Program-made: the position numbers and the translations under genes | DNA from: Octopus vulgaris | Lineage: Eukaryota | NCBI GenBank assembly: GCA_951406725.2 | Contig: OX597822.1 | Coordinates: forward strand, 44,702,001 to 44,766,000 | Direction of reading: 5' to 3' | Length of the DNA: 64,000 nucleotides | In this document: piece after piece, positions 28,073 to 42,642 of the stretch | Position numbering within the stretch: the first letter of the stretch is position 1 | Layout of the letters: each line of letters opens with the position of its first letter | Notes under the pieces: model-generated | Databases searched by the model: none | What the model was told of the DNA's origin: nothing | Seen by the model: the letters and a program-made list of their open reading frames with translations, nothing else

Positions 28073-28397
28073 GCGCATATTCGTATCAGTGTGTATGCTA
28101 CATGGCAACAAGGAAAAACACAGAATATATATACAGGCACATCGTGTATTTCTATCGGTATAAGGACGCCATTGTTAACAACCAGCTGAAAAAAATGGAA
28201 CGCTATAACTAAGTTATCTTCAAGCTATAATATAGTCTTTTGTGATTGAAATATTGTGTTCCCGCCATTCAAAGATGGTTGAAAATAATGTGTAATCACC
28301 ATATGAGAATATATATGTTGATTATACATACATATGTACGTATGTTAAAACATGCGATATATACGTGTGTGCGTCTGTGTGTGTTTGTATGTATGTA

Positions 28398-28450
<53 letters not shown>

Positions 28451-28756
28451 GTATGTCTCCTTGGATATTGTGTCTGTTATATACTCGAGTTACATAAAAG
28501 ATATCTATCCATTTGTTTCTGTTCGCGTGCACTGATATATTAACATATAGAGTACGTATGCATATATATATATACTCTTAACTTATGCAGATACATATAC
28601 AAATACATAAATATATGCATTCATTCATACGGCACTATTTTTTATCTACTAATCTATCTCACCCTCATGCTCTACCTATATCGAGATATACATACACACA
28701 GAGACACAGACACACAGACATATATATATATACGTATGTGAGTGTGTCATATTATG

Positions 28757-28810
<54 letters not shown>

Positions 28811-29159
28811 CGTATTTTATATTCTTAATTCTATGCAAAATCACCTTGTCATTGATATTGAATTTTGAATGTAAGTAATTACTAGTATTCCTGCGTATAT
28901 TCGCGCGCACACACACACATGCACGCACAAAGGTATATGCATACATACACACATACAAATATATTTACACACATACATGCGTACATGCTTACAGACATAT
29001 ATATATATATATATATAGCTACATATAAACGCTTATCCATATATAGGTATGAAAATGTATGCATTCTTTCGTAGATACTTAGATATAACGATGACGCATA
29101 CATACATATATATATATATACATATTCATACTTGGTAATGAGTATTTGTACGCGTATAA

Positions 29160-29196
<37 letters not shown>

Positions 29197-29426
29197 TATG
29201 CTTTTTTGCAATATATGAATATATACGCTCCTATTTATTACACATACGTAGACATGTGGACATGCATCTCTTTACTTACTTACATATATATATATATATA
29301 TATTTATACGTACATATATATATATATATATACTTATATATCTACACATATATATGTATACCTATATATACATACACACAAATATATATATATATGTGTG
29401 TGTGTGTTCATATATAATATATAATT

Positions 29427-29458
<32 letters not shown>

Positions 29459-30171
29459 TGTATAAAATACATATATACATATGTGGGTGTAAATTATATT
29501 CGTGCATAAATATACATACGTATTTATAATGCATGTTTATATGTATGTATATATGTTTGCATGTATATATGTATGTATATGTGATATTTTACCGACACAC
29601 ACAGACAGGCACACATTTATGTCTGCACATAAATTTTGCTGGTTTTTTTCTCCTTTTTAATGGCCTTCCTACTAACGAGATATATTGCACACGTATTTAT
29701 GTAGGAGTAAGTTCGAATTGGTATGCGTTTTTTTTTTGTGTCTTTTGTCGGCTGCCATATATGTTGTTAGCGAGTCTATAACAAACTGACACAGATTGGA
29801 ACTCGATTAAATCCACCCCAATTCTCGAGCGTCAAAAAGATTTTATCAGCACCGCAACAATTATCGCAAGGAACTTTCTCGTTCCCCAAACGACTTTGAT
29901 AATCTATCAAACATATACTCATTCCGTACATGCATACACCGATATACGTATGTGTGTGTGTGTGTGTGAGTATGTGTATGTGTGCAGATACGGGCTTCTG
30001 TATTTATAGGCATATAGATGCAAATGTACCTATATATATACACATGTATACGTATACATGTAGATAGATAGATATCTACTTGTATATACATATATTATGT
30101 ATACATATATATATGTATACATACATATATCTATATATGTATACACATATATATATACATACATATATAGG

Positions 30172-30223
<52 letters not shown>

Positions 30224-30381
30224 TAAATATATACATTTATATATATATGTATGTATGTAATGGCTTACATACATGTATATATGTGACATAAACACACATA
30301 CATGTATATGTACAACATAAACACACAAATATGTATATATCTATATCTGTAGCTATAGATATATGCATATTTATATACACC

Positions 30382-30417
<36 letters not shown>

Positions 30418-32299
30418 TGTATGTATATATATATATATATTTATACATGGCATTTAATGTATATTTTTTCATCTGCATATATAACATATATACATATATG
30501 TATGTACATACACTAATAAATTCACAGACGATTAGTCCCACTCTCATTTATATATCTATGTAGGTGTGTGTGATTGTGGACGTGTTCCTGCGTGTGTCTA
30601 TATGTGTGTGTGCGTGTGTGTGTGTCTCTATGTGTGTGTGCTTATATATATATAGACGCAGACACGTATTAATAGAGTCACGTGTATTATATATCTATTC
30701 CACGCAGCAATTTTATGTCGCACATTATTCTATAGAAGAACTGTCTTTCTTTATTCCATTCTATAATTCCATACAATGAATCTATTACGAAATACTAATG
30801 TACCGATTCTATACAGCAAATCTTTATTGACTCTTCTGCCATGCCAATAGTATACCATTCTATATTCCATTCATAATGGAAACAGCTAATCGTCACTAGG
30901 CACCCATCAACCGCCACCGATCAAATCCACTTTCGTTCATCACACATCACCAACCTTACCCACCCCCAATCAACCACCACTAACATTTACAACGACAACC
31001 AATCATAATCAACCACAGTCAATCAAACTCTCCTTCAATCACTCTCAGTTGACCTCAACCAGCCTTCACCACCCACGAGCCACCATAACCAAACCCCAAC
31101 CCACCGCAATCAATCACGACCATTCGATTGTGATTGCTATTGTGGCAACCTTTATATTGCATCCGCTGCTTAGCTATGTATTACATGCATTTGAATCTGT
31201 AGCGTTTGGCAGAATCTAGGTTTTTCCTGCGTATATTTGATAGGAAACTTTTTGATTGGACTAGCTGTCTCAATAACATAATATCGGCTTTCGGTAATTA
31301 TTCAATGAAATTAACTCTGGTCTTGTAGCAATGTCGGAATTACTCCTCCGGGATTCATAACTCTTAGCGTACATTATTTTGTCCGTGTTGTTGGTGTTCT
31401 TTAACTGCAGGTCACTCCAGATCGTGAAAATCTCTGATTAGATGGTGTTCTAACCGTGGACATGTTGCATCTAATGTGTGAGTTTTTAAAACAACGCTGT
31501 TTTGCGTGATTGCAACGGGATTTATTTACTACTTCATACAAATCAGGCACTCATATTGAACATCTTTCATTGGTTGTCTGCTGAGCTAATATGTTTTCGT
31601 GTTGCTGTTATTGAGTTGTTCCAGCTCAGACCTGATTAAAAAGTCGACCGATTAAAAGCGTTCTTATTACGGCTGTTAGTACAAACTTCTAGAAAATTGT
31701 TTACTGTTTTCAACGGTTAAGTGGCACGGTTATATGGTCTCATACTTCCTTTCTCAGCGTACAAAACCTACAGCTGACATGTGTCTTACAGTATTTAATG
31801 ATTCTATTACCTCTAAGAATCTTTTCTTTTTTTTTTTTTAAATTGTCAAAATGAAAGCAAAATTTAGGTTACTTAAATTATGTTTGTGATATATTGCAAC
31901 TGCTAAAAGGCAAACTCACTGCAGCTACCGCGGAGAATATATCTCTCTTATGGCAAAAAGAAGAGAAGGCATCCTTTTTTCTCCTTGAATGAGGAAAGGA
32001 ATGTTAACAAATTTTTAACTCCACATGTCAGCTATTTGCAATCAGTAGATGACAACAAAATCATAGCAGTGGTGTGGTACCCTTTTGCCCGATCGAGGTT
32101 ACAGAAAACATCCTATCTACATATACCAAGTTTTACATCCTGCATCGTTTCATGACCAAAATATAAACAACTATGAAAGGGATCTGAAAGAAAGTAAATT
32201 AAAGATTTTACTCTCACATAACGTAGTCTATTTATGATAAACCCCCCCGCCCCCCCCAAAAAAAGACACTTTTAATTACTTGTAAATAAGAGTACCTTT

Positions 32300-32838
<539 letters not shown>

Positions 32839-33693
32839 TGTTTCCGAAAATATCTCGAAGGGTGCCTCTTATACGCCATAGACACGTACTTTATTTTCAA
32901 ACACTAAATCATCAAAAAGACCAAGTGACCGCAGTTAGATTTAAACACAAAGCTGAAGCAAATCCTACGAAACATTTTATTGGAAGTTTTAGCGACTCTG
33001 CTGATTCGACACAGACACCGAACAAATATATTTTTATAACTTTTAACATTATCCAATTCGACAAATAATATATATCCAGAAAGCAAATTAATTTCTTTGA
33101 GTTTCCTATAAACAGCCTACATTAAACTCATGTCACTTACAGTTCCTGTTACTTCTTCCATTGTCCTGCTTCTATCATTTGGAATTTTATGTTAACGATA
33201 GAACAAGTTTTCAGTTGCTAGAATCTAAGATATAAGCTATTCCCCAATCCATATATTTTATTATTATTTTACTTCGCTTGTTAAAGACTTCACACTATTC
33301 GGATTTATCTTTACACAGCTTACGCTTTAGTTCTTCTCTGCTCTTTTGAAGTCTTCTTTTAAGATTTCACCAAGTTCTCTTCCATCTACCGATTCCTTCT
33401 TTCTTCCATTCACTCTGGTTTCTCCATCAGCAAATCTCATCACTTCTCCAATACTAAACATTGAATTTGCAGATTCTTCACTTTTAAGACAACAGTGTTT
33501 TTTGCCTTTTGAGCTTTTTCTTAATTTTTCATACATAGTCATCATCTGCGTGTATGTGTGTTTGTGTAAGAGAGAGAGAGTATATGTGTGTGTGTTTGTG
33601 TGTATGTATGTCACTGTGTGTAGTGGAGTGTCTCTGTGTGTCTGTATAAATTTATTTTTGTGAAATACAATATTTAGAGAGGGACGGGAAAAG

Positions 33694-33826
33694 GATAGAT
33701 AGACAGACAGACAGATAGATAAATATATCGATAGATCGATATATCGTTAGATAGACAGACAGACAGACAGCAAAATAGATAGATGGATAGATAGACAGAC
33801 AAACAGACAGACAGATAGATGGATGA

Positions 33827-33907
<81 letters not shown>

Positions 33908-33932
33908 CAGATAGATAGACAGACAGACAGAC

Positions 33933-34002
<70 letters not shown>

Positions 34003-34145
34003 GTAGATAGGTAGGTAGGTAAGTAGGTAGGTAGGTAGGTAGGTAGGTAGGTAGGTAGGTAGGTTTGTTGGTTTGTAGGTAGGTAGATAGGTAGGTAGGT
34101 TGTTTAGTAGGTAGGTAGGTTGGTGTAAATAGGTAGGCAGGTTGG
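33694..34145. repeat. (GATA)n/(GACA)n/(GGTA)n compound tetranucleotide microsatellite
   Basis: Directly visible. Confidence 0.95.
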
Positions 34146-34437
34146 TAGAAATTTGACCACTAGTATTTTCTATTTAGCCTAAATTTTGAGACTTATAATC
34201 ACCTTTCAAATTCTCATATCTGTTTCATTTTAGTCTCTAGGAGGTAAACACTTGGCTGAATTTATACACTTGAAAAATTATAACTCTATTTACAAGGAAA
34301 ATACATCCTGCATTAAGTACATTAACGCTACCTTTTGACTATTGCTCTTTCTAACAGATGACGTCTCTAAGTTATTTCTCCTCCAAACTATATTGTTATC
34401 CTACATGAAATAGTGTGCAATATTGTACGTTTCTTTT

Positions 34438-34482
34438 GAGCGCTGATGAAGTCATAATAAGACTGAAACACGTACTGCGTTT
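34438..34482 (+). ncRNA. Hammerhead-like motif, degenerate cleavage site
   Basis: GAGCG-CTGATGA-AGTC-ATAATAA-GACT-GAAA-CACGTA...CGTTT; core and stem II are perfect, stem III and the cleavage triplet are not canonical. Confidence 0.5.
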
Positions 34483-34997
34483 TCTCTGATACTGGCCGAA
34501 AACATTGTCAAGATTATATTATTCATTGAGAATTTTATTCTCACTGTGTATTTTATTTCTATTTAGATTTTTTAATGCTGCATTCATGAAATATGTGGTT
34601 GTCGCTTAAATTCATCTGTGTTTGTTTTTTTGTTTTTTTCCAACTTCACACTTTATTGTCTGTGAAGAAGTAAAATTTATTCAAATTTCAAAAACGGTAA
34701 ACAAAATTTTTCGGAAGAAGAATAGAACTCAATATAAAAAAAAATACAATAAAATATTTTTCGTGTTAATTCAAATAATACTGGTGAGAATTAAAATGAA
34801 ATGTTTAAAAACAAAAACAAAAACAAAAAAAAACGAGCGAAATTTTCTTACAGTCTAATACATTAATACTAAAACAAATTTTTTATAGCTATCCATGGTT
34901 AATTCAAATTTTGTAAAGTTGAAATTTAGCAGAATTGAAAGATATAAAATAGTCTCTCTCTCTAGTTCTCCTCCCTCCTTTGTCTTTCTTCTTCAGA

Positions 34998-35130
34998 CCG
35001 GCTCTCCGTCGGTTACGACGACGAGATTTCCAGTTGATCCAGTCAACGAAAGAGCCTGCTTGTAAAATTAAATTGCAAGTGGCTGAGTACTCCACAGACA
35101 GGTTTACTTTTAGGGAGGTTCAGTATGACT
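34998..35130 (-). mobile_element. SINE family C 3' fragment
   Basis: CCGTCGGTTACGACGACGAG...GTGGCTGAGTACTCCACAGAC. Confidence 0.8.
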
Positions 35131-35235
35131 CTTCGTAGTGTGCGAATGGTATGTATGCATGTGTGAGTGTGTGTGTGTGTGAAAGAGAGAGAGAGAGAAA
35201 GAAATAGAAGTGTGTGTCTATAGCGATGTATGCTA

Positions 35236-35500
35236 TTTTGTTTGTTTCAGGTCATTGGACTGCGGCCATGCTGAGGCATCGTCTCGAAGGTTTTGGTCTG
35301 GTTCTTATTACATCGGTAGTTTTGTCGGACTGCTCAAACTAACACCGGCCATCAAGTAGTGTGGAGGACAAACACAAACACAAACACTCACACACACACT
35401 CACATACACACTCACATACACACACACACACATAAACAACAGTCTTCCACACAGTTTCCGTCAACCAAATCCACTCACAAGACATTGCTCACCCCAGGCT
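35236..35500 (-). mobile_element. SINE family A fragment (diverged)
   Basis: GACTGCGGCCATGCTGAGGC ... TTTCCGTCAACCAAATCCACTCACAAG. Confidence 0.75.
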
Positions 35501-36269
35501 AATATCAGAGATAGCGGGCAAGGGGAGAGGTCTCTGCCTCACCCCATTCGCCCACGAGCCTCCCAGGAAAAAACGGGCGAAGAAGATGAGATGAGTTGAG
35601 ATTTAAGAATAAATATAAAGCCAGTCCTATACGGTTAGTCTACTCGGTCATGGCTGGCTTAGTGTTAAATTTTTAAAAAAGCATCTATTACATCAATAAC
35701 AGCAACAATGCCGGTTGTAAAATACATCCCTGACAAAGTGTCTTAACGTTTTCACCAACAAGAGATGATCTACGTAAATACATTAATAAATGAAGCAAGC
35801 AAACATAGCTTAATAAATGGATATTCAAACCCGTTACAGAAGCAAATTCGACAACGATATATATATATATATATATAAAGAAATTAGATTCAGGCTATAG
35901 ACAGAATAGATTATGAGCACGTGATCATAGACTATATAAATTCATTGAACACAACTTAATTTACGCGATGCCCAATTAAACATTAGCGCAAAAAATATAT
36001 TAGAAAAACACGATAAACGAAAATCTTTTCGTTTGTTACCTAAGAGAGAGCTCGAAGGCACATAATATATTTCTAATGACCAAATGTCACTTACACACTG
36101 AGAAAGAAGTGAGTATGAAACTTGTAAACTTCACGATGTTATGCGTTAGATTTGGTAAACAATTACTTCACGGTTTCGATGTTTGTTTCTACGTCATGAC
36201 CAAGACCCACCACTGTTTGTCTGCACGCCAATAACAAGGAAACGTTTGAGTCGCACTATATCTAATATC

Positions 36270-36435
36270 CGTTTCAAATTTTGGCACAAGGCCAGCGGTT
36301 TCGAGGAAAGGACCAAAGGACCAAGTTGATTACACCCATCTCAGTGCTCATCCGGTACTTATTTTATTGACACTGTGAAAATCAAAGGCAAAGTCGACCT
36401 CGGCAGAGTTCGAACTCACGCGATAAAGACAGACA
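36270..36435 (-). mobile_element. SINE family B fragment
   Basis: TTTGGCACAAGGCCAGC ... AAAGGCAAAGTCGACCTCGGC. Confidence 0.8.
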
Positions 36436-36439
36436 ATAT

Positions 36440-37106
36440 ATTATTTAATTATTTGGTGGTATATTTATTAAGTAGTATTAAATTTAAGATAATTAGGTAT
36501 TATATTAATTGATATTTAGTCAACTATATTATGGAGTGATATATTAAATCCCTAGATACTACACATATATATTAATTATATAGTTAGCATATTTAATGAG
36601 TTTGTCTATATTTGAACCATTTCTTATTTTGATTACAATATTAATGGCTTGTACAAGCATTGTGTATATTAATTAATTTTCAAGTATTGAACAATTTAAG
36701 TATTGTTTTTAGTTTTCACTTAATGTATATTTAGTATCTTATATATATATATATATATTTTAAAGTATATCTATTAATTAATTATTTTAATATTCTAGTT
36801 TAATTTTAACCTGATGAGTGGGTATATTAAATATAGCCACGAAACACGTGTCGTTATTCTACCGAATATATACGTTTTTATTATTATTTTGCAATTTACT
36901 TAATCGTCGATATATTATTGTTATTTTAATTTTAATATTTCTATTATATGTAATTTTCTAAATAGTGTAATTTTATTGTTTATTTTGAATTGATATAAGG
37001 TGCTTTTTTTCGAATTTTTATATATATGTATTATATTTTGTGAAATTTTACTTAGTATTTCTAAATTGAATTTTTCCCTGTAAGTTAGGAATAATAATCC
37101 CTGAAA

Positions 37107-37110
<4 letters not shown>
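36440..37110 (+). mobile_element. Very AT-rich PLE terminal module with HHR, ending TTTTTCCCTGTAAGTT..(TA)n
   Basis: HHR at 36807-36856; the terminal motif TTTTTCCCTGTAAGTT (37071) is shared with 62391. Confidence 0.6.
36807..36856 (+). ncRNA. Minimal type I hammerhead ribozyme, intact core
   Basis: TAAC-CTGATGA-GTGG(gTATAT-taa-ATATAg)CCAC-GAAA-CACGTG-TC-GTTA; stem I TAAC/GTTA, extended stem II, palindromic stem III CACGTG, GUC triplet (cleavage predicted after 36852). Confidence 0.9.
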
Positions 37111-37170
<60 letters not shown>

Positions 37171-37174
37171 TATA

Positions 37175-37395
37175 TGGGTACAGGACGTCACAAAACGTAA
37201 ACAACACGAAATAGGAAGACAAATATTCTATGGAAACAACGAGAGAAACACATGGAAAACAAGTTGTCGGCTGTTTATCTACTCCACATTTCGAGCAATT
37301 CACGACAATATGTGTTTTTGAGAATCAGTTGCTCCCGCAAACCAAAATAATATTTGGGATTTGCGGAGGGACAAAGTTGGTAACAAAAACAGCAC
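37175..37395. mobile_element. Interspersed repeat family D (unclassified, abuts TA-rich microsatellite)
   Basis: GGGTACAGGACGTC...CAGTTGCTCCC...GGGATTTGCGGA recurs at 43198-43460 and partly at 45135-45210. Confidence 0.65.
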
Positions 37396-37398
37396 ATA

Positions 37399-37820
37399 GG
37401 TGCAGGAGTGGCTGTGTGGTAAGTAGCTTGCTTACCAACCACATGGTTCCGGGTTCAGTCCCACTGCGTGGCATCTTGGGCAAGTGTCTTCTGCTATAGC
37501 CTCGGGCCGACCAAAGCCTTGTGAGTGGATTTGGTAGACGGAAACTGAAAGAAGCCTGTCGTATATATGTATGTATATATATATATATGTATGTGTGCGT
37601 ATGTTTGTGTGTCTGTGTTTGTCCCCTTAGCATTGTTTGACAACCGATGCTGGTGTGTTTACGTCCCCGTCACTTAGCGGTTCGGCAAAAGAGACCGATA
37701 GAATAAGTACTGGGCTTACAAAGAATAAGTCCCGGGGTCGATTTGCTCGACTAAATGTGGTGCTCCAGCATGGCCGCAGTCAAATGACTGAAACAAGTAA
37801 AAGAGTAAAAGAGTAAAGAG
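37399..37820 (+). mobile_element. SINE family A, full length, well preserved
   Basis: Complete head (GGGTTCAGTCCC B-box-like), internal microsatellite, tail with AAAAGAGT repeats. Confidence 0.92.
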
Positions 37821-38006
37821 TATATATCAAACGAAACGAAAAAAAAAAAACAAACAAACAGGGAGGGTCGTTAGGCCAGACGAGGTAAGATAGTGAACAC
37901 TGGAAGAATATTCTTTGACAAGAGAAAAAATAGGAGAGGAGACAGATAAGAATGTGTCTGGCCTGTAGCGACAGACTGAATAACAAAATATATGTGTATG
38001 TATTTA

Positions 38007-38078
<72 letters not shown>

Positions 38079-38159
38079 TATACATATATATACATATATA
38101 TATATATACATATATATATATAGAAAGAGAAACGTAGATATACATATATACATACATAC

Positions 38160-38191
<32 letters not shown>

Positions 38192-38938
38192 AAGTATTTA
38201 TATATACATACATACATCATACATCGATACATACACACGTACACTACTCCAGAAAAATATTAGCGGAATCAGCAAAGCCGTTAGATCCGACCTAGCAATA
38301 TGGCCGCCGGTGAAATTCTCTTTTAACAAAAGCGTTAAAGCTATATTTGTTGATGTAGACATACCTGGCTTTAAATAAATTTTGTATAACATCTAACAGA
38401 GTATACATGAAATCAATAGATTTTTCGGGAATAATTTGTTGGAACGACAACGAATACGATTATATTGGATTCTCCGGAATTTGCCGTTGGCGTTATGGGT
38501 AAAAACTCTTCGTTTTCCTATATTTTGAATCTAAACTAACCTCGATTACACTCGATCTTGAGTCTATATTGTTAATATATGGTGGTCAAGCCATCGAGGA
38601 TTGTGGTGACGGAGGCGGTGGTGGTGGTAGTGGTGGTAGTGGTGGTAGTGGTGGTAGTGGTGGTGGTGCTGGTAGTGGTGGTGAGGAAGCCGTCTTCGTC
38701 ACGTGCGGGACGGTGATGGAAGCTATACGTAATACAGAAAACTATACGTAAAGTAACCGGAAAAAAACCGGTTTTATTATTATTGGTGTGATTATTATAA
38801 TCCAATATATATAATTGAAAATAAATGGAAATTTATTATCATTATTATTATTATTATAACCATCATCATCACCATGACTGTTATTATCATTATCATTATT
38901 GTTATTATTATTATTATTATTATTATCATTATTATTGC

Positions 38939-38979
<41 letters not shown>

Positions 38980-38980
<1 letters not shown>

Positions 38981-39356
38981 GGAGGCGCAATGGCTAAGTG
39001 GTTAGGGCAGCGGACTTGCGGTCGTGGGCTTGCGGTTTGGATTCCCAGACCGGGCGTTGTGAGTGTTATATTGAGCGAAAACACTTAAAAGCTCCATGAG
39101 GATCCGACAGTGGGTGTTAGCGAACCCTGCTGAACTCTTTCACCACGACTTTCTCTCTCGCTCTTTCTTCCTGTTTCTGTTCTACCTGTATTTCAAAGAG
39201 GCCAGCCTTGTGTCGTGCTGAATCTCCCCTAGAGCTACGTTAAGTGTACACATATCTGTGGAGTGCTCAGCCACTTGCACGTTAAATTCAGGAGCAGGCT
39301 GTTCTGTTGATCAGATCAAATGAAAACCTCGTCGTCGTAACCGACGGAATACCACA
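38980..39356 (+). mobile_element. SINE family C, full length (tRNA-derived)
   Basis: GGAGGCGCAATGGCTAAGTGGTTAGGGCAGCGGAC...GGTTTGGATTCCC; tail CTCGTCGTCGTAACCGACGG; homologous to 42643-43030. Confidence 0.9.
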
Positions 39357-39376
39357 TATATTTTTACTATTATTAG

Positions 39377-39585
39377 GGCGGTGAGCTCGCAGGATCGTTA
39401 GCTCGCCGGGCATAATACTTAGCGTAATTTCGTCCGTCTTCAGGTTCTAATTATAAAGTCCACTTTGCTTTTCATCCTATTGGAGTCAATGAAATAAGTA
39501 CCACTTGAACTATGGAGTTGATATAATCCACTTGAACTATGAGGTTGATATAATCCACTTACAGCTCACCCCCAAAATTTGAAGT
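39377..39585 (+). mobile_element. SINE family B monomer with internal 27-bp tandem duplication
   Basis: GGCGGTGAGCTCGCAG head; CCACTTGAACTATG..GTTGATATAAT twice. Confidence 0.75.
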
Positions 39586-39610
39586 CATTATTATTATTAT
39601 TATTATTATT

Positions 39611-41043
39611 CAGTAGTTTTATTTTTATAGCGTGCTTTCACTTCACTACCGAGCGCAGCTCTGTGTGCCTTGGGTATGTGCTGTGATTTGTTGTGATGCT
39701 CTGATGGTTATTGTATGGAAAGTGTTCTGCGTAGGATGTGTGCAGTGCCTAGTAGTGCAATTTTCTGTATGTTATATGTGTTTGTAAGTCCTGGTGTTTT
39801 TGTTATGTATTTGTCTGAATATTTTTTTATTATGCCTAATGCACCCACTATGATAGGAATTGTTTCTGTTTTCAGATTCCACATTCTAGTTACCTCTATT
39901 TCCAGGTCTTTGTATTTTGAGAGTTTCTCCATTTCTTTTAGAGACACGTTGTCATCAGCCGGTATTGATACATCACTTAGAAAGCTTTTTTTCTTCATGG
40001 TCTCTGACAACTATATCTGGTCTGTTGGCCTTAATTTCTCTATCTGTGTGTATCGGCATATCCCAGAGTATGGTTGCTTTCTCGTTTTCTGTGACCTTTT
40101 CTGGTGTGTGCCTATACCATCTTTTTTCTGTTGTTATTCCATAATGTTGGCATAGCTTCCAATGTATGTAGGTTCCAACTCTGTCATGTCTGTGAATATA
40201 TTCCTTCTTAGCCAGGACTGGGCAGCTAGAGATAATATGATTTATTGTTTCTTGTCCATCTCCACATATTCTGCAGTTACTTGTAATATTTCTTTTCATT
40301 ACATGTTTTTGGTAATTTCTGGTGGGGAGCCTTTGGTCTTGTGCTGCAATTAAAAATCCCTCTGTTTCTGCTTTGAGTCCTGAGCTTCTCAACCATTGCT
40401 GGGATTTTTCTTTGTCTATTTCTTTTGCGTTTAGTTTAGTCCAGTATTTACCATGAAGGGGCTTTTCTTGCCATCGTTTTATCATGGTTCGTTGCTGTTC
40501 TATTTTTAGTTTGGATTTCATTTGTTTTATAGCTTTTGTTGTTTCTTCATCTTCTTCTTATTCTTCATGTTTATTAGGTGGTATGATTTCTTGTTTGTAT
40601 TTGTCAGCTTCCTTAAATACTGAGAACAGCTTTTTGTTTTGCTCGTGTTTTGCCGCTATCTGGATCAGTTTTCCTTCCTTCTGAAGTAGATATGTTTGCA
40701 GTCCTATGGTGGTTATTTTATAGTAGTTTTCCAGCTGTATAAGGCCTCTACCACCTTCTATACGTTGTATATATAGTCTTTCTATGTCAGATTTTGGGTG
40801 ATGCATCCTAGATCCTGTCATTATTTTTCTTGTTTTCCTATCTATTTTGGTCAGTTCATTTCGTGTCCAGTTAAGGATATTGTAGCTGTAACTTATAACT
40901 GGGACAGCTAAAGTGTTGATACGTATTATCTTGTTTTTAGCATTGAGCTCTGTGTTTAGTATTGATCTAACTCGTCTATAATATTCTTTTTTTATTTTCT
41001 CTTTCATTTGTGTGTGTTGTGTCTTATCTAGTTCATGGATTCC

Positions 41044-41049
<6 letters not shown>
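39611..41049 (-). mobile_element. 5'-truncated R4/Dong-clade non-LTR retrotransposon (RT C-terminus, CCHC finger, restriction-like endonuclease), pseudogenised
   Basis: The minus reading starts YLG (end of RT) and continues to GGRGL, LHGKY, CRICGDGQETINHIISSC (CCHC), RHD, RPDIVV..DVSIP..KYKDL (REL). One stop at about 40558 and a frameshift near 40000. (TAA)n on both flanks. Confidence 0.88.
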
Positions 41050-41093
<44 letters not shown>

Positions 41094-41635
41094 ATCATCA
41101 TCATCATCATCATCATCATAGTGCATGCCATCAAAGTGACACGGGGGTAAAATATATGAAGCCAGTATACCCATCAGAAATAACCGTCTGATAAGGGTAC
41201 ACCGGTCACATGTATCACGACCATATGTGCGTAACACGGTGTCCTCATATCACGATAAACAGCGTATGACATTGCAGGTGGGGCCCAGGTATAATTTTCT
41301 TCACATCAAGTAATCAATTCTGCTGAAATGATCCCTGACTACGAGTTGTTTAAGGGTGTTGGACGAAACACCCATGTTTCCAGAGGTGAATTATTCAAAC
41401 TCTAAACAATTTCTCTCAACACATGGTTATGATGCTCCCCCACTACTTCTGCTCGTAGTCATATCGTTAGCCACCAAAGGACATGCTCAACTGGTTAAAG
41501 TCAAACAACTGACAAGCAAATCTGTGGTATTGAGCAGAATATTTGCTGTAGCCCATCTTTTATACCAAGACAAAACAATGTACATGCTAACACTTCCAAT
41601 CAGTTAAGATCAGAAGCCATGAGAACATTACTTCT

Positions 41636-41757
41636 GTCGGAACCGCGTGGAGCTTAGGTGTTGCGCTCATAAACACACACATGGCTCGGTCTGAGATTCG
41701 AACCCGCTTTTCCTCGACCGCGAGTCCGCTACTCTAACCACTAGGCTATGTGCCTCC
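41636..41757 (-). mobile_element. SINE family C 5' head
   Basis: rc GGAGGCACATAGCCTAGTGGTTAGAGTAGCGGACTCGCGGTCG...GGGTTCGAATCTC. Confidence 0.8.
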
Positions 41758-42537
41758 TTTAACGTGAATAGAGCTACTTAAAGCATATGCCTCTGTGATC
41801 AGAACCCAACATTCTGCTGTGTGGAGGGTCCCCTTACTCTTTGTAGCCGGGGATGACCGTCCATCTATTGTGGCCCTTATTTGACCCTAGTTGGATACTT
41901 TCCGACATCAGGAAGTCTGTATCAGCTATGTATTCTTATATTTTGTACACCATTCGTTTTCTAATTACATTTCTGGAAATCCCCCATTTTACCCGCGTGC
42001 CATGCTTTATGTATGCCCCGACATATTGTAGCCAATCTTAGTAATGTTCGCTTCACCTGACGCCCCTGTGGCAAATGAAAGAATGCGTTTAGTCGTCGTC
42101 GTCAAAATTGTCATCAACCTCATGGTATTATAATTGTTGCAGAGGTTGTTGTTGCTGCTGTCGCCGTTGTTTTAAAGGTCACATTTGACATATTTCCACT
42201 TTAAACTAATGTTATCCAAAATGCTGGCGTAAAACAAAGAGTAATCCAAAAAAAACGAACTTCAGAATATTTGCATATTTGCTTCAATACCCTAAATGGA
42301 AAAGAAAATTCATTCTTAAGCACTTGTTTTAAACACGCGCGCGCGCACACACGCGTACACACATACATATATAGTCAGACATACATAAATACATATACAC
42401 ACAAATGACATATTACTTTGTTTTTGTGAATTTGATTTACAACTGTCTCCTGAAAATATGAGTGCGTGTGTGTGTGTGTATTTATATATGTATGTATTTA
42501 TATATGTATGTATTTATATATATATATATATATATAA

Positions 42538-42569
<32 letters not shown>

Positions 42570-42642
42570 GAACGGCGGTGCATCAGCATGACCGCATCTC
42601 TGAGCTAAAACTACAGAAGAAGAAAAAATATATATATTTACA

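Noticed and set aside
33327-33520. Non-repetitive-looking short ORFs here and at 20314-20607, 24580-24858, 38198-38392 and 59520-59712
   Set aside because: No recognisable domain or consistent splice structure; small host exons cannot be excluded without RNA-seq.
38980-39055. tRNA-like sequences here and at 22140, 41690, 42643, 44405 and 45940
   Set aside because: A/B boxes are present but acceptor stems are incomplete and each continues into a repeat body, so these are SINE heads rather than tRNA genes.
39950-39960. CTGATGA on the minus strand
   Set aside because: Lies within the LINE coding sequence (PADD) with no matching stems or GAAA.
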